A stretch of 64,000 bases of DNA from an uncultured delta proteobacterium. Its GTDB lineage: Bacteria; Myxococcota; Kuafuiibacteriia; Kuafuiibacteriales; Kuafuiibacteriaceae. Below are positions 19,090 to 29,740 of the stretch, piece by piece; positions within the stretch are counted from its first letter, which is position 1; each line of letters starts with the position of its first letter. The stretch lies in assembly GCA_963803435.1 (NCBI GenBank), contig CAWDML010000001.1, forward strand, positions 928,001 to 992,000, given 5' to 3'. The translations under genes and the position numbers were made by a program. The notes below the pieces were generated by a model. That model did no database searches. It had not been told where the DNA came from and saw nothing but the letters and a program-made list of their open reading frames with translations.

Positions 19090-20556
19090 ATGTTCGACTA
19101 TGGAATGGGATGGCATTCGTCCCGCGCGTCGAGGTTCGACCAGCTCGACCGCGACGGGACGATCGACGAGTTCGAGAAGGCCTCGCTCGATGGGGATCAG
19201 CGGACGCTCGATCGCTTGATCGATCAGCTGCGACGCGAGGTGAGCTTCGAGCGCGGCTCGGAGGGACGGCGTCTCGGCCGGGCCGAGCGCATGCTCGATC
19301 AGCTCGGCCGGACGGCGCGCCGCGGGCGGAGCGGGCTGAACGACGAGGACAACGATCTGATCCAGCGCCTCAGGAGCGCGCTGCTCGCGGGGGCGAACGG
19401 TCACGACGACCTCACGTCTGCGATCGGCGATCCGGAGGAGCTGGCGCGGATGGGCCGCGAGCTGGCCAACCGGCTGCGTCATCGCGGCATGCACGGGCAG
19501 GCTGCGGCCGTCTCACAGGCCGTGCGGCAGCTCGAAGGGCAGATGCGCGCGAACGACCTCGGCCGCCTGGCTGACGACTTCGAGGACGCCTCCGCCAACG
19601 GCGACGGCCGGGCCATGGACGAGATGATGGACTCGCTCGCCGGGCGGATCGGCCGGGGCGAGGGGCATCGCGGCCGGTCGCTGTCGCGCACGGAGCGCGG
19701 GCTCGATCGTCTGGGGCGGATGGCCCGCCAGTTCGGCTACGACGAGGACAACGACACGATCCAGCGGCTCCGCTCGGGTGTGCTGGCGGCGATGAACGGT
19801 CAAGACCGGCTGCGGACCACGCTCGGCGACATGCCGCTCGACGAGCTGATCGAACGCGGGCAGCGGCTCGCCGATCGGCTGCATGATCACGGCTACGAGA
19901 GCGGCGCAGACGACGTCGAGCGAGCGCTCCGGGTTCTCGAGAATCAGCGGGATCACGAGGGCTGCTGCGGCCCGCACGAGGATGACGAGTCCGTGTCGCA
20001 CTGCGCCCGCCCGAGACCGGGGGGCTGGAACGATCCGCGGGGGATGGAGCGGGACGGCGATCGGATCGTCACGCGCGGCGGCTACGAGATCGAGGCGGAG
20101 GGCGACAGCAACTGGTCGATCTGGGATCCGAACGGCGACATGATCGCGCGGATCAGCGGAGATCCGCACGTCACGGAGGGCGACGGGACGCGTTGGGACT
20201 TCTCGAAGGACTCGATCTTCCGGCTCCCCGACGGAACGCAGATCTTTGCGGACACCGACCATGGATCGGGGCGCGGGCGTGCCGCGACCACGCGGCGCCT
20301 GGTGATCGACGACGGCTCCGACCGCGTCACCATCGACGGTGTCGACGGCCGCCACCCGCAGATCGGCGAGATCGGCGCGAGCGAGCGGGACGGCTTCGAG
20401 AGCGCGCACGGAGACGATGGCGAGGATCTCGACGTCTTTTCGCTGGTCAGCGAGGGCGATCGGATCCAGTTCGAGCTGCTTCGCAGCCTCGGCATCGTGG
20501 ACGGGTCGTCGGTCGGCGAGGACGGTTATGAACCGACCGCTTCGGCTCGTGCTTGA
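19090..20556 (+). CDS. DUF1521/MIIA (GDPH autocleavage) domain protein with two N-terminal helical repeats
   Basis: RISGDPHVTEGDGTRWDFSKDSIFRLPDGTQIFADT; GGGAGG RBS; duplicated DEDNDxIQRLRS block. Confidence 0.78.
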   Translation: MFDYGMGWHSSRASRFDQLDRDGTIDEFEKASLDGDQRTLDRLIDQLRREVSFERGSEGRRLGRAERMLDQLGRTARRGRSGLNDEDNDLIQRLRSALLAGANGHDDLTSAIGDPEELARMGRELANRLRHRGMHGQAAAVSQAVRQLEGQMRANDLGRLADDFEDASANGDGRAMDEMMDSLAGRIGRGEGHRGRSLSRTERGLDRLGRMARQFGYDEDNDTIQRLRSGVLAAMNGQDRLRTTLGDMPLDELIERGQRLADRLHDHGYESGADDVERALRVLENQRDHEGCCGPHEDDESVSHCARPRPGGWNDPRGMERDGDRIVTRGGYEIEAEGDSNWSIWDPNGDMIARISGDPHVTEGDGTRWDFSKDSIFRLPDGTQIFADTDHGSGRGRAATTRRLVIDDGSDRVTIDGVDGRHPQIGEIGASERDGFESAHGDDGEDLDVFSLVSEGDRIQFELLRSLGIVDGSSVGEDGYEPTASARA

Positions 20557-20707
20557 TCGCAGCCAGGAAGAGATCGACCGGGTTCGCCGGGCGCTCGAGA
20601 GCCCTCGGTGGCAGACCTCGAACGCCCGGCGGGCACGGCTCGAGCTGCAGCAGAAGATCCTCGAGAGCACGATCGAGGCGATCGAGGTGGGATCACTGCG
20701 CCGGTAG
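20528..20707 (+). CDS. Small hypothetical coiled-coil protein
   Basis: 59 aa MNRPLRLVLDRSQEEIDRV..., overlapping the end of the upstream gene. Confidence 0.4.
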   Translation: MNRPLRLVLDRSQEEIDRVRRALESPRWQTSNARRARLELQQKILESTIEAIEVGSLRR

Positions 20708-21499
20708 ATGGATCGTGAAGATCGGGTCCGGATCCCCACCCGAGGTCGCTGCGACACCGACCGCGACCGCGGATCCGGCGACCACCACGCCGATCGCCGT
20801 CCAGACCCACCACTTCTCGTACCACCGCTCCTCGGGCGGTTCAGGCGCGAGGGCCGACATGACCGTCGTGTGCGTGAGCGGATGGTGCGCGTCGCCCGCG
20901 CTGGCCAGCGCCTGCTCGGCTGCGCCGACGGCGACGCCGTAGTACTCCACATGCGGATCGAGCGGGAGCTCGATCGTGAAGCCCTGCTCACCGCTGGAGA
21001 AGGTGTGCGGGAGATAGGGATCATCGCGTCCCGAGCGGGAGTAGAGAAGGAGCTGCGAGACGAGCCGCTCCGGATCGACCACGTGCGCCGAGATCGAGAG
21101 CCGGCCCTCCTTCACCTCGGGTGCGTCCAGAGAGAGCCGGGGAGCGATCTTCTGCCACCGCGCCTTCGCCCGCTCGAAGATCGCGTTCACCTTCGGCGAC
21201 TGGCCCTCTTCGAGCACGTACTCGGGCGAGAGCATCAACAGCCGCAGATAGGCGGTTTCGGCCCGCGCTTGATCGCCGAGCGCGGTGTGACAGACCCCGG
21301 CGAGCGCGTAGGCGCGCGTCCGCTGCTCGAGCGTCAGGTCGGAACGCTCGAGCAGCCGCGACAGCCGTTCGAGCGCGCCTTCGAACGCCAGCTCCTTCTC
21401 CACCGCTCCGACGATGCGGGCCAGCTCCCGCTCGGCCGTGTCGACAGCGTTCGCAGGCGAGGGGGCGATCAGGAGCAGCGGGAGGAGCAGGCGGATCAT
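20693..21499 (-). CDS. TPR-like secreted/membrane-anchored protein
   Basis: Signal peptide from ATG 21499; TPR-like helices; WYEKWWVWTAIGVVVAG tail typical of myxobacterial proteins. Confidence 0.7.
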   Translation of the reverse strand: MIRLLLPLLLIAPSPANAVDTAERELARIVGAVEKELAFEGALERLSRLLERSDLTLEQRTRAYALAGVCHTALGDQARAETAYLRLLMLSPEYVLEEGQSPKVNAIFERAKARWQKIAPRLSLDAPEVKEGRLSISAHVVDPERLVSQLLLYSRSGRDDPYLPHTFSSGEQGFTIELPLDPHVEYYGVAVGAAEQALASAGDAHHPLTHTTVMSALAPEPPEERWYEKWWVWTAIGVVVAGSAVAVGVAATSGGDPDPIFTIHLPAQ

Positions 21500-22962
21500 C
21501 GCGATGCGCAGCCCCCCAGGACGGGCGGCACGGAGGCGAGCGGCCCGCTGCAGGTCGCCGTATCGATCCGGATGACCCCCCCGCTGCCGCCGCCCCCACC
21601 GCCGCCGCTGAAGCTGGCGCCCCCCGATCCCGGGATGGGAGGGAGTGCGCCGCCGCCGTCGCCACCGTTGCCGCCGTCGGGCAGCAGAGCGGCCCCGCCG
21701 GCTCCGCCCGCCAGGCCGTCTGCGCCGTCTTCGGCCGGCAGGCCTCCGCTGGCCTCGTTGGAGGCGCCGCCGCCGCCGCCGCCGCCGGCTGCGTTCAGCG
21801 AGCCGCCGGCGAAGGTGACCTGCTCGGCCTCGAGGAGGATGGCTCCGCCGCCTCCACCGCCTCCGCCTCCGCCGTCGTTCGTGCCGGTCTTCGAGATCGC
21901 GCCGCGCCCTCCGCCGGCGGCGGCCGCGATCGTTCCGGAGACCGCGATCTCTCTCGCGACGATCTGGAGCGCACCGCCACCGCCGCCCCCGAGCGCGCTC
22001 GGACGGTTCTCGAGCGCACCGGTCCCGCCGTTGCAGCCACCGAGGAGCGGCACGAGATCGGTCGGCTGATGCGACGCGCCACCGAGTCCGGGGGTGCAGC
22101 TGCCGTCGTGGCCGGATCCGCCGCTCGCGCCGTCCTGCGCCGCTCCTCCTCCTCCCCCGCCTCCCCCTCCGTTGCAATCGCCCCCACCGAGCGGAGCGTC
22201 GTTGCCCGGACAGACGCCGCCGCCGGGTCCGCTGATCGTGCCGGTGGCGGTCGCGTCGAGCATGCCGGCGATGGTGGCAGAGTCGCGCACGAGAAAGACC
22301 ACGGCGCGATCGCCGACGATCCGCATCAGGCCTGCGATCTCGAGACTGCTCATCGACAGCGCCACCAGACCGTTCACCTCCGTCACCTGTGGGCGATCGC
22401 GCGAACAGCCGAGCGAGAACGCAAGGCGCTCCGAGTCGAAGCGGCAGGTGGTGTTGGTGGGGACGGAGAAGGCGACCTCGTAGGCGAGCGGATCCGGATC
22501 GACGTTCTTCACCGGGAAGGAGAAACGGGGGCCGCCGTCGTTCACGCCGCCGTCGGGCGATCCTCCCTCGACGCCTGCGTCCTTCATCTCCACGAATCCA
22601 GCGTCCGGCGCCGGCTCCGCGCCGCATCCGGTCACCGCCGGCGGCCGGCCTCGGAGCAGGTGGATCGCAACGCAGGAGGGGAGCGAGGCAGAGGTGCTCG
22701 CGCTCGCGACGATGGCTCCGTCGTGAAAGAGCTCGACCTCGAGCTCGACCGTAGTCGGTTCGGCGGCCACCACCCGGAACAGGAACGGGCTCGAGCCCTC
22801 GAGATCTGCGGCTTGCTCGAAGGCGCCGCCGTTCGAACGCACGCGTCCGGTCAGCCGGTCTGCCTCGTCGGGTACGCGCAGATCCGTGTGGACCTCCACG
22901 GCGAGCTCGACCGTTGAACTGCAGCTCGTCGCGAGCAGCCCCAGCGGAAGCAGCCAGGGCAT
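21496..22962 (-). CDS. Glycine-rich lipoprotein
   Basis: Lipobox LATSC; repeated GGGGG-GG-(A/V)I motifs; coupled to the downstream gene. Confidence 0.7.
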   Translation of the reverse strand: MPWLLPLGLLATSCSSTVELAVEVHTDLRVPDEADRLTGRVRSNGGAFEQAADLEGSSPFLFRVVAAEPTTVELEVELFHDGAIVASASTSASLPSCVAIHLLRGRPPAVTGCGAEPAPDAGFVEMKDAGVEGGSPDGGVNDGGPRFSFPVKNVDPDPLAYEVAFSVPTNTTCRFDSERLAFSLGCSRDRPQVTEVNGLVALSMSSLEIAGLMRIVGDRAVVFLVRDSATIAGMLDATATGTISGPGGGVCPGNDAPLGGGDCNGGGGGGGGGAAQDGASGGSGHDGSCTPGLGGASHQPTDLVPLLGGCNGGTGALENRPSALGGGGGGALQIVAREIAVSGTIAAAAGGGRGAISKTGTNDGGGGGGGGGGAILLEAEQVTFAGGSLNAAGGGGGGGASNEASGGLPAEDGADGLAGGAGGAALLPDGGNGGDGGGALPPIPGSGGASFSGGGGGGGSGGVIRIDTATCSGPLASVPPVLGGCASR

Positions 22963-23049
22963 GCCCCGGGTGTGGCCTCCGGTCATCTGCAAACCGAGCT
23001 GACAGGGTACAGGCGCGGGCCGGTTTGGTGAAGGTGATAGACTTTCGAG

Positions 23050-24543
23050 GTGGCGAAGGGCGCCCGTCTGGGAGAGCTCTGGCTCCAGCGGCGTCTCGGC
23101 GCCGGTGGAATGGCCGAGGTCTTTCTGGCGCGCCGGGAAGGTCCGAGCGGCTTCGAGAAGCAGCTCGTCGTCAAGCGCCTGCTGCCGCATCTCAGCCGGA
23201 AGAGCCGCTTCACGGAGATGTTCCTCCGCGAGGCGAGGCTCTCGGCGTTGATCGATCATCCGAACTTCGTCCACGTCTCCGCCTTCGGCGAGGAGGACGG
23301 CCAGTACTACCTGGCGATGGAGTATGTCGACGGGACCACGATCAAGCAGCTCCTCGAGCACCTCGGCACGTTCGCTCCGGGCGTCGCCGCCCGCATCGCG
23401 ATCGATCTTCTCGACGCGCTTCACGCGATCCACAACGCGACCGCGCTCGACGGGCGACCGCTCCATCTGGTCCACCGCGACATCACGCCCAGCAACGTGA
23501 TGCTGACGGCCTCCGGGACGGTGAAGCTCCTCGACCTCGGGATCGCGGTCTCCAAGGACGAGGGCACGCCGGCTCGCGCCGGGACCCGGAAGTACATGTC
23601 CCCGGAGCAGTCGCGCGGTGATCCCGTCGACGCGCGCTCCGATCTGTACTGCGTCGCCCTGCTGCTCGCGCTGATGATCAGCGGTCGCCATCCGTTCGAC
23701 ACCCAGAGCGTCACGATCGCGTACAAGCGGGCGCCGCTTCCGTTGCAGGCGATCATCCGCCGCCTCCTCGAGGAGGATCCGGAGGCGAGGCCGCGCTCCG
23801 CTCGGGAGGTCCAGGATCAGCTCGAGCAATTCGCGCTCGGCTGCGGGCGTGAGGGGACGCGCGGCGCGCTGGCGAAGCTCGCCTCCTCCGCGATCACCAG
23901 CGTCCCCGAGGCCTCGGGCGGCCGTGGAACCGCTTCTCTCGAGCCGAGCGAAGCGTTGTCGTCGACACCGATGGGCGTGCGGGTGGAGCTACTCGAGTCC
24001 GAGCGGCCGACCTTGCTGCACCGCTCCGCAGAGCTCCAGGCGCTGCCGCGCTCCCGCCGCGCGTGGCTCGGCGTGGCCTCCCTCGCTGCGCTGTCGGTCG
24101 CGCTCGGCGTGGCCGCGCTCGCCGGTCGCTCGGAGGCGACGCCCGCCGTCGCGGCGGCACCCGTGCGCTCGGCGCCGCCCGAAGCCCCGCCCGAACCACC
24201 CGCGCCGGTCGGGTCCCCGCGAACCCCTGAGGAGGCGCCGGCGATCGCGACCGTGGAGAAGCCGGTTCGGCAGCAGCGGCGAGCGAGCCGGCGCGCCCGC
24301 ACGCCGAAGAAGAAGCGACCGGTGGGCTCCAGCTACCTGAACATCGACGCCCGCCCCTGGGCGATCGTCTTCGTCGACGGCCGCTCGCTCGGCCAGACGC
24401 CGCTGGCCCGCGCCGAGATCCCCGCCGGCGATCACCACGTTCGCCTCGTGAACCCGGACCGCGGGCTGGAGGCGAGCTATCGCATCCAGTCCGAGCCCGG
24501 GAAGGTGGTGAAGATTCGGGGCCGCTTCAAAGGGATCGATTGA
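23050..24543 (+). CDS. Ser/Thr protein kinase with TM helix and C-terminal PEGA-like domain
   Basis: GAGGMAEV, HRDITPSN, DLG, GTRKYMSPE and PWAIVFVDG..GQTP motifs. Confidence 0.9.
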   Translation: MAKGARLGELWLQRRLGAGGMAEVFLARREGPSGFEKQLVVKRLLPHLSRKSRFTEMFLREARLSALIDHPNFVHVSAFGEEDGQYYLAMEYVDGTTIKQLLEHLGTFAPGVAARIAIDLLDALHAIHNATALDGRPLHLVHRDITPSNVMLTASGTVKLLDLGIAVSKDEGTPARAGTRKYMSPEQSRGDPVDARSDLYCVALLLALMISGRHPFDTQSVTIAYKRAPLPLQAIIRRLLEEDPEARPRSAREVQDQLEQFALGCGREGTRGALAKLASSAITSVPEASGGRGTASLEPSEALSSTPMGVRVELLESERPTLLHRSAELQALPRSRRAWLGVASLAALSVALGVAALAGRSEATPAVAAAPVRSAPPEAPPEPPAPVGSPRTPEEAPAIATVEKPVRQQRRASRRARTPKKKRPVGSSYLNIDARPWAIVFVDGRSLGQTPLARAEIPAGDHHVRLVNPDRGLEASYRIQSEPGKVVKIRGRFKGID

Positions 24544-24573
24544 CCGGGCTCCAGCCGTGCGGAGGTCGGAGTC

Positions 24574-24978
24574 TCATGCCGCGCCTTCGACCGGCTTCGA
24601 AGGCAGCTTGGTGTGCTTGGCGATGCGGTTCGACACCGCCCGCGCCACCGTGTACGGGATCCAGACCAGGATCCCGCCGACGACGACCGCGGCCAACGGC
24701 CGGAAATATCCGAGCGTGATCTTCTGAAGAATCGCGTCGACGACGAACGCCACGATCAGCGGAATGGCGAGATCCGAGAGCGACTGCTTCAGCAACTCCC
24801 ACCTGCCGTGCGAAGTCGTGAACAGGCGTAGAAGAAACGGAGCATGGCCTGCCTTGGCGTCACCGATTCCGAGCTTCAGTCCCACGAACATGGCCATGAG
24901 AGGCTGGAGGATCAGGCGAAATCTTCCCGCTCCGCTCAGATCGCGAATGATGCCGTCCCAGAATTCGTAGTGATTCAT
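24574..24978 (-). CDS. Small membrane protein
   Basis: MNHYEFWDG...GRFRLILQP... is encoded on the minus strand, although the ORF track labels it +. Confidence 0.7.
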   Translation of the reverse strand: MNHYEFWDGIIRDLSGAGRFRLILQPLMAMFVGLKLGIGDAKAGHAPFLLRLFTTSHGRWELLKQSLSDLAIPLIVAFVVDAILQKITLGYFRPLAAVVVGGILVWIPYTVARAVSNRIAKHTKLPSKPVEGAA

Positions 24979-24991
24979 ACTCCCGCAGGGT

Positions 24992-26215
24992 TCAGCAAGA
25001 ACCGAACCCACGACGCTTGAAGACTGCGCTCGCGATCATCAAGCCGACCACCAGCTGGAAAGCGATCAGCAGCACTCGGAAGAAGGAATCGCTCGACTCG
25101 GGAGAGCCGGCGAGGAGATGCAGGATTCCTTGCGTGCCGACGAACCCGGGCGCGAGCTGGAGGAGCCCCGGAACGACCATCGTGGCCGGCACATTGCCAG
25201 GGATGCGCGCGTGGAGCTTGGCGGCCACGCCGAGCACAAAGGCGGAGACCAGGGGGGCTCCGTCGGGAATGAAGGCCTTGGTCAGCTCCTGAGTCCCGAA
25301 CGCGACGAGCACGGCCAGCACCACCCAGTGCAGGTCGCGCAACCTTGCTTGCAGACACAATACGAGCGCTGCACCCCCGACGACCAATATCCCCAGGACG
25401 GTAGGGGTCGGCAGAGCCTTCCCGTGGGCAGACGCCGGCACGTCGGCGAAGAGCCGCCAGAGGTTCAAAGCGGCCAGGATTCCCGCAGCGAGCATGAGGA
25501 AGCGCAGAAGCCCGTACGCCAGCCGGATCACACCGGACTCGAGCGCGTCCGCGGTGAGCTCTTCGATCCCGGTGGCGACCACCATGGCCGGTACCAAGAG
25601 GACCGCGCCGCCAAAGAGGGCCGGCGCAAGATCGAACGTGGGGAGGAAGGCGGCCAGTACGAGCACCGCCAGGCTCCCCAACAATCCGGCCACGAAGCTC
25701 TGCAACAGGTCGACCGTTCGCGAGCGGATGGTGCGGTAATGAATCAACCCGGCGATGACCCCCGCGGCCGCAGCCACCGCCATCTCGAGCCAGGCACCTC
25801 CGACGCGAGCCGCGACGGCCGCACTATAGACGCCGTAGGCGACCACCACCGGCGCCTTCGCATATCCGGTCACGCTGGCGTTGATCCGGCGAAGCTCGTC
25901 TCGGCCCTCCTCGATGTCGCGGCTCCCGCCGGCCAGCGACCGCCCGAGCGCCAGCAGCTCATGCATACGGGCCATCTGCCAGTGGCCCTCAAAAGGAATC
26001 TTGTGCAGCTCTGCCCGGCGCTGTCCGTTCTCGACGGTCTCCGCGAGCACATAGCTCTGCAGCACCACGAGCTCGCTATCGACACCGAGGGTGCGGGCGG
26101 CTCCTCCGACGAGATCTTCGATGACGTTGGACGGTACCGAGACGACGTGCAGTGCTTGGGCGAGCTCGATCAAGAGTCGAGATGCCTCATCGGGATCCTT
26201 CGGCTGGGTAGTCAT
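24992..26215 (-). CDS. Threonine/serine exporter (ThrE family)
   Basis: About 10 TM helices; LLVPAMV and VPGLLQLAPG motifs. Confidence 0.8.
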   Translation of the reverse strand: MTTQPKDPDEASRLLIELAQALHVVSVPSNVIEDLVGGAARTLGVDSELVVLQSYVLAETVENGQRRAELHKIPFEGHWQMARMHELLALGRSLAGGSRDIEEGRDELRRINASVTGYAKAPVVVAYGVYSAAVAARVGGAWLEMAVAAAAGVIAGLIHYRTIRSRTVDLLQSFVAGLLGSLAVLVLAAFLPTFDLAPALFGGAVLLVPAMVVATGIEELTADALESGVIRLAYGLLRFLMLAAGILAALNLWRLFADVPASAHGKALPTPTVLGILVVGGAALVLCLQARLRDLHWVVLAVLVAFGTQELTKAFIPDGAPLVSAFVLGVAAKLHARIPGNVPATMVVPGLLQLAPGFVGTQGILHLLAGSPESSDSFFRVLLIAFQLVVGLMIASAVFKRRGFGSC

Positions 26216-26352
26216 GAAGGAGCGAATCGCAATCTCCGTTCCAAGCCGCTCGAGAGTGTCGCGAAATGGTCGCCGAGGTCGATCGACTCGGCGCGATCCG
26301 GGAGCTGCGCATCGTTTGATCAATGGAGCAAGAAGGCAAACGCTCCAGATGC

Positions 26353-27535
26353 ATGACGATCGCTACGCTGCTCCTGCTGTTGTCGTCGTCCACAATCTCG
26401 ACCGCTTCGACGGCGACCGCCGCTGCGGACTCCTTCCGCGTCGACTTCAAGCCGGGCTCCAAGGGACTCGTCATCGAGGTACCGAAGATTGTCAGCGTCG
26501 CGATCGGTCTTCGCGGACAGCTGCTCTACGCCGTCCAGAAGGGGACCGAGGTCGAGCAGAGCTTTCAGGTGCGGCGAGCGCGGGTGGTCTTCCAGGGCTA
26601 TTTGTTGGGCGAGCACAACGAATACGAGGTCGAGCTAGCACTCTCCCCGGAGGACGTCCTCGATGCGAACGGCGGACCGGACGGTGACCCGCAGACGTCG
26701 CCGCTGCTCGACCTGTTCGTTCGATTCTCCCAGCTCCGCGACCTCACGCTGCAGGTGGGCCAATACAAGATTCCGTACGATCGGGAGCGAATGATCTCCT
26801 CCGCAAATTTGAACCTCGTCGATCGATCGATCGTCGACTCGGAGTTCACCTTCGATCGCGATATCGGCGCCGAGCTCTTCTCGAAGGATCTGCTCGGTCT
26901 TGGGTACCTGCGCTATTACGCCGGTGTGTCGGTCGGAGAGGGTCGCAACACGACGGAGTTCTCCGACTTCGGCAACCTCTACGTCCTTCGCGCGGAAGTT
27001 CTTCCGTTCGGTCTGTTCGACGACGGCACGGAAGGCGATCTCGGACGCACGAAAGCGCCGAAGCTGTCGGTGGGGATCGCATACGCATTCCTGGACGGCG
27101 GAAAGCGGGACAAGGGCATCCTCGGGAGAGTGCCGTCGGACGGAGGCACGACAGATACGCAGAACGTCACGGCCGATTCTGACGTTCCTCTGGCGAGGGC
27201 TCTCGATCCTCTCGGCGTTCTGCCTTCGCGACGGTGAGCGGTCTCCTCCCGAGGGTGCGAGGGATGTGGCCCTTCCGCGTGACGCGTGGGGCTACCTGGT
27301 CCAGCCGGCGTATCTTCTGCCGTGGTTCGAGCTCGAGGTCGTTGCTCGGTTTGCACGCGTCGTCCCCATGGGCGGTTCGAGCGTCACGCTCAACAGCGAC
27401 CTCGGCGGCGGCGTGAACTACTACTTCTACCAGGAGGCCATCAAGCTGCAGGCTGACTATCGCCGCCTCTGGCGGACCAATGACATTGGAGTGGGGACCG
27501 ACGTCTTCCGCCTGCAACTTCAGCTCGCGCTCTGA
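26353..27535 (+). CDS. Phosphate-selective porin (OprO/OprP-like), frameshifted near 27176
   Basis: VRRARV, GQYKIPYDRE and DRDIG motifs; continues in the 26900-27535 frame and ends LQLQLAL (beta-signal-like). Confidence 0.72.
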
Positions 27536-27601
27536 GGCAACGCCAACGCGGGCTCAACAGGGTCTGCTTCTTGCTCGGCGTGAGAGCAAAGGAGTGATGA
27601 A

Positions 27602-29411
27602 GTGACCGACGAACGAAAGACTCTCCCAATCGAGGATCACGCGTTGATCGGGGACTTGAACACCGCAGCGCTGGTCGCTGGCGATGGAACGATCGACTTT
27701 CTATGCTTACCCGACTTCGACTCCGACGCGTGCTTCCTCTCTTTGCTCGGCGATGAGAGGAATGGGTGCTGGAAGATCGCGCCGCGCACGGATCCGCGCC
27801 AGAGCAGGAGGCAATATCGGGACGACACGCTCATCCTCGAAACCGACTTCGAGACCGACAGCGGTTCGGTGCGGCTCATCGATTTCATGCCCATTCGTTC
27901 AGGGGCCCCTCGCGTCGTCCGGATCGTCCAAGGGCTCCGAGGCGACGTGCCGATGAGGAGCGAGCTGGTGCCGCGGTTCAGCCATGGCCTGACGATCCCG
28001 CGTGACAGACCGCGGGACGGAGTCGTCGCAGCGATGGCCGGGCCGGACGGAGTCTTTCTGCGCACGAGCGGAGAGATCACGCCGGACCTTTCTTCGGACT
28101 TCACCATCCAGGCTGGCTCGTGCGTCTCGTTCGTCATGGCCTGGGCACCTCCCTACGAAGACGTTCCTCCCGCGATCGACCCGGACCGATCGCTGCGGGA
28201 GACCGAGGCGTTTTGGACGGACTGGAGCTCGACCCTCCACGTGCCCGAGGGCGACAGCGAGGTCGTCAAGCGATCGTTGCTCACGCTCAAGGCCTGCTGC
28301 TTTGCGAAGACGGGAGCCATCGTCGCCGCCCCCACGTTCGGCCTGCCCGAAGCTCCGGGAGGCAGCCGCAACTGGGACTATCGATTCTGCTGGCTCCGCG
28401 ACGCGTCGCTGACGCTCGGTGCGTTGCAGCGAGCCGGACTCGAGGACGAAGCGAAGAGATCCTTCGAGTGGCTGGTCGACGCCGTCGGAGGAGCCCCCTC
28501 GCAGCTGCAGATCATGTACGGGATCCGAGGCGAACGGCGCCTCACGGAGTCCGAGCTCGATTGGCTCCCCGGCTACGGAGGGGCGCGCCCGGTGCGCATC
28601 GGCAACGCCGCCTACCGCCAGTTCCAGCTGGACGTGTTTGGAGAGTTCGCGGCCATCCTTCATTCGGGAGCCCGCCAGATTCGGGAAGCTGTCTCCCCAA
28701 GCGAGGGCGGCGCTGAAGGTGGCGGCGACGAGCGTGGCGGCCAAGTGGATGGAGCCCGATCATGGGATCTGGGAGATGCGAGGTCCGAACCGATCGTTCA
28801 CGTCATCGAAGGTCTCGGCCTGGATGGCGATCGACCGCTGGGTGCGCTCGATCGAGGAGTTCGGGCTCGATGAAGACGCGTCGCCGTGGATCCGCCTCCG
28901 GCAGACCATCTTCGACGAGGTCTGCACCAAAGGCTTCGATCCCACCCGAAACACCTTCACCCAGTACTACGGCTCGAAAGGGCTCGATGGGAGCCTCCTC
29001 GTCATTCCCTTGTCCGGCTTTCTCCCGGCCGACGATCCGCGGGTGGTCGGAACCGTCGCTGCGATCGAGAAGGAGCTCATGCCCCAGGGACTCGTGCTCC
29101 GCTACCAGACGGAGGAGACGGACGACGGGTTGACCGGCGTGGAGGGAGTCTTCCTGCCATGCTCCTTCTGGCTCGCGACCACGTACCACCTGATGGGCCG
29201 GCACGAGGATGCGCGCGCGCTCTTCAACAAGCTCGTCCGGATGTGCAATGACGTGGGTCTCCTCGCGGAGGAGTACGATCCCACGCACGGACGCCAGCTC
29301 GGCAACTTCCCGCAGGCGTTCAGTCACCTCGCGCTCGTCGACTGCGCCTACGCCCTCGCCGAGCGGCAACCGCCGGTGCAGAGTCCCATCGCCGCGCACG
29401 CCGTCGCCTAG
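27602..29411 (+). CDS. Glycoside hydrolase family 15 (trehalase/glucoamylase), frameshifted near 28675
   Basis: IEDHALIGD, AAPT, NWDYRFCWLRD and QLDVFGE; the second frame has GIWEMR and GNFPQAFSH. Confidence 0.88.
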
Positions 29412-29740
29412 GAGCGTGTAGCGCGTAAGCGCTCACGCGACCCCGGGCCGGGTTCCGGTCCGGTCCGGGTCCCGATCTCGAAGATGGCTGCCTTGAGTCA
29501 GACGCTCGCGACGGTCGCGAGCTTCGATTGGTAGAGCTTGAGCAGGTTGTGGGTGAGGCAGACGAGCGTCCACTCGGCTCGTACCTTGAAGAAGGAGCGT
29601 AGCGAGAACCGGCGGAATCCTCGTGCCCCTTTGATTTGTCCGAGCGCCGGTTCGACGATACTCTTCCTGCGGGCGTAGACCGCCTTGCCGTCGCGCGTTT
29701 GCAACTTGTCTCGCATTCGCTTGCGAGCGAGCGAGGCAGG
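29408..29740 (-). mobile_element. Truncated right end of the IS1182-family element
   Basis: Near-identical reverse complement of about 58244-58576; starts at CTAG overlapping the GH15 stop codon. Confidence 0.88.

Noticed and set aside
21560-22250. GCC/CCG-rich low-complexity tract as a DNA repeat element
   Set aside because: It is explained by poly-Gly coding in the lipoprotein gene.
24574-25011. ORF track lists this 145-aa ORF on the + strand
   Set aside because: The listed peptide is encoded by the reverse complement (CAT at 24976-24978), so it is annotated on the minus strand.
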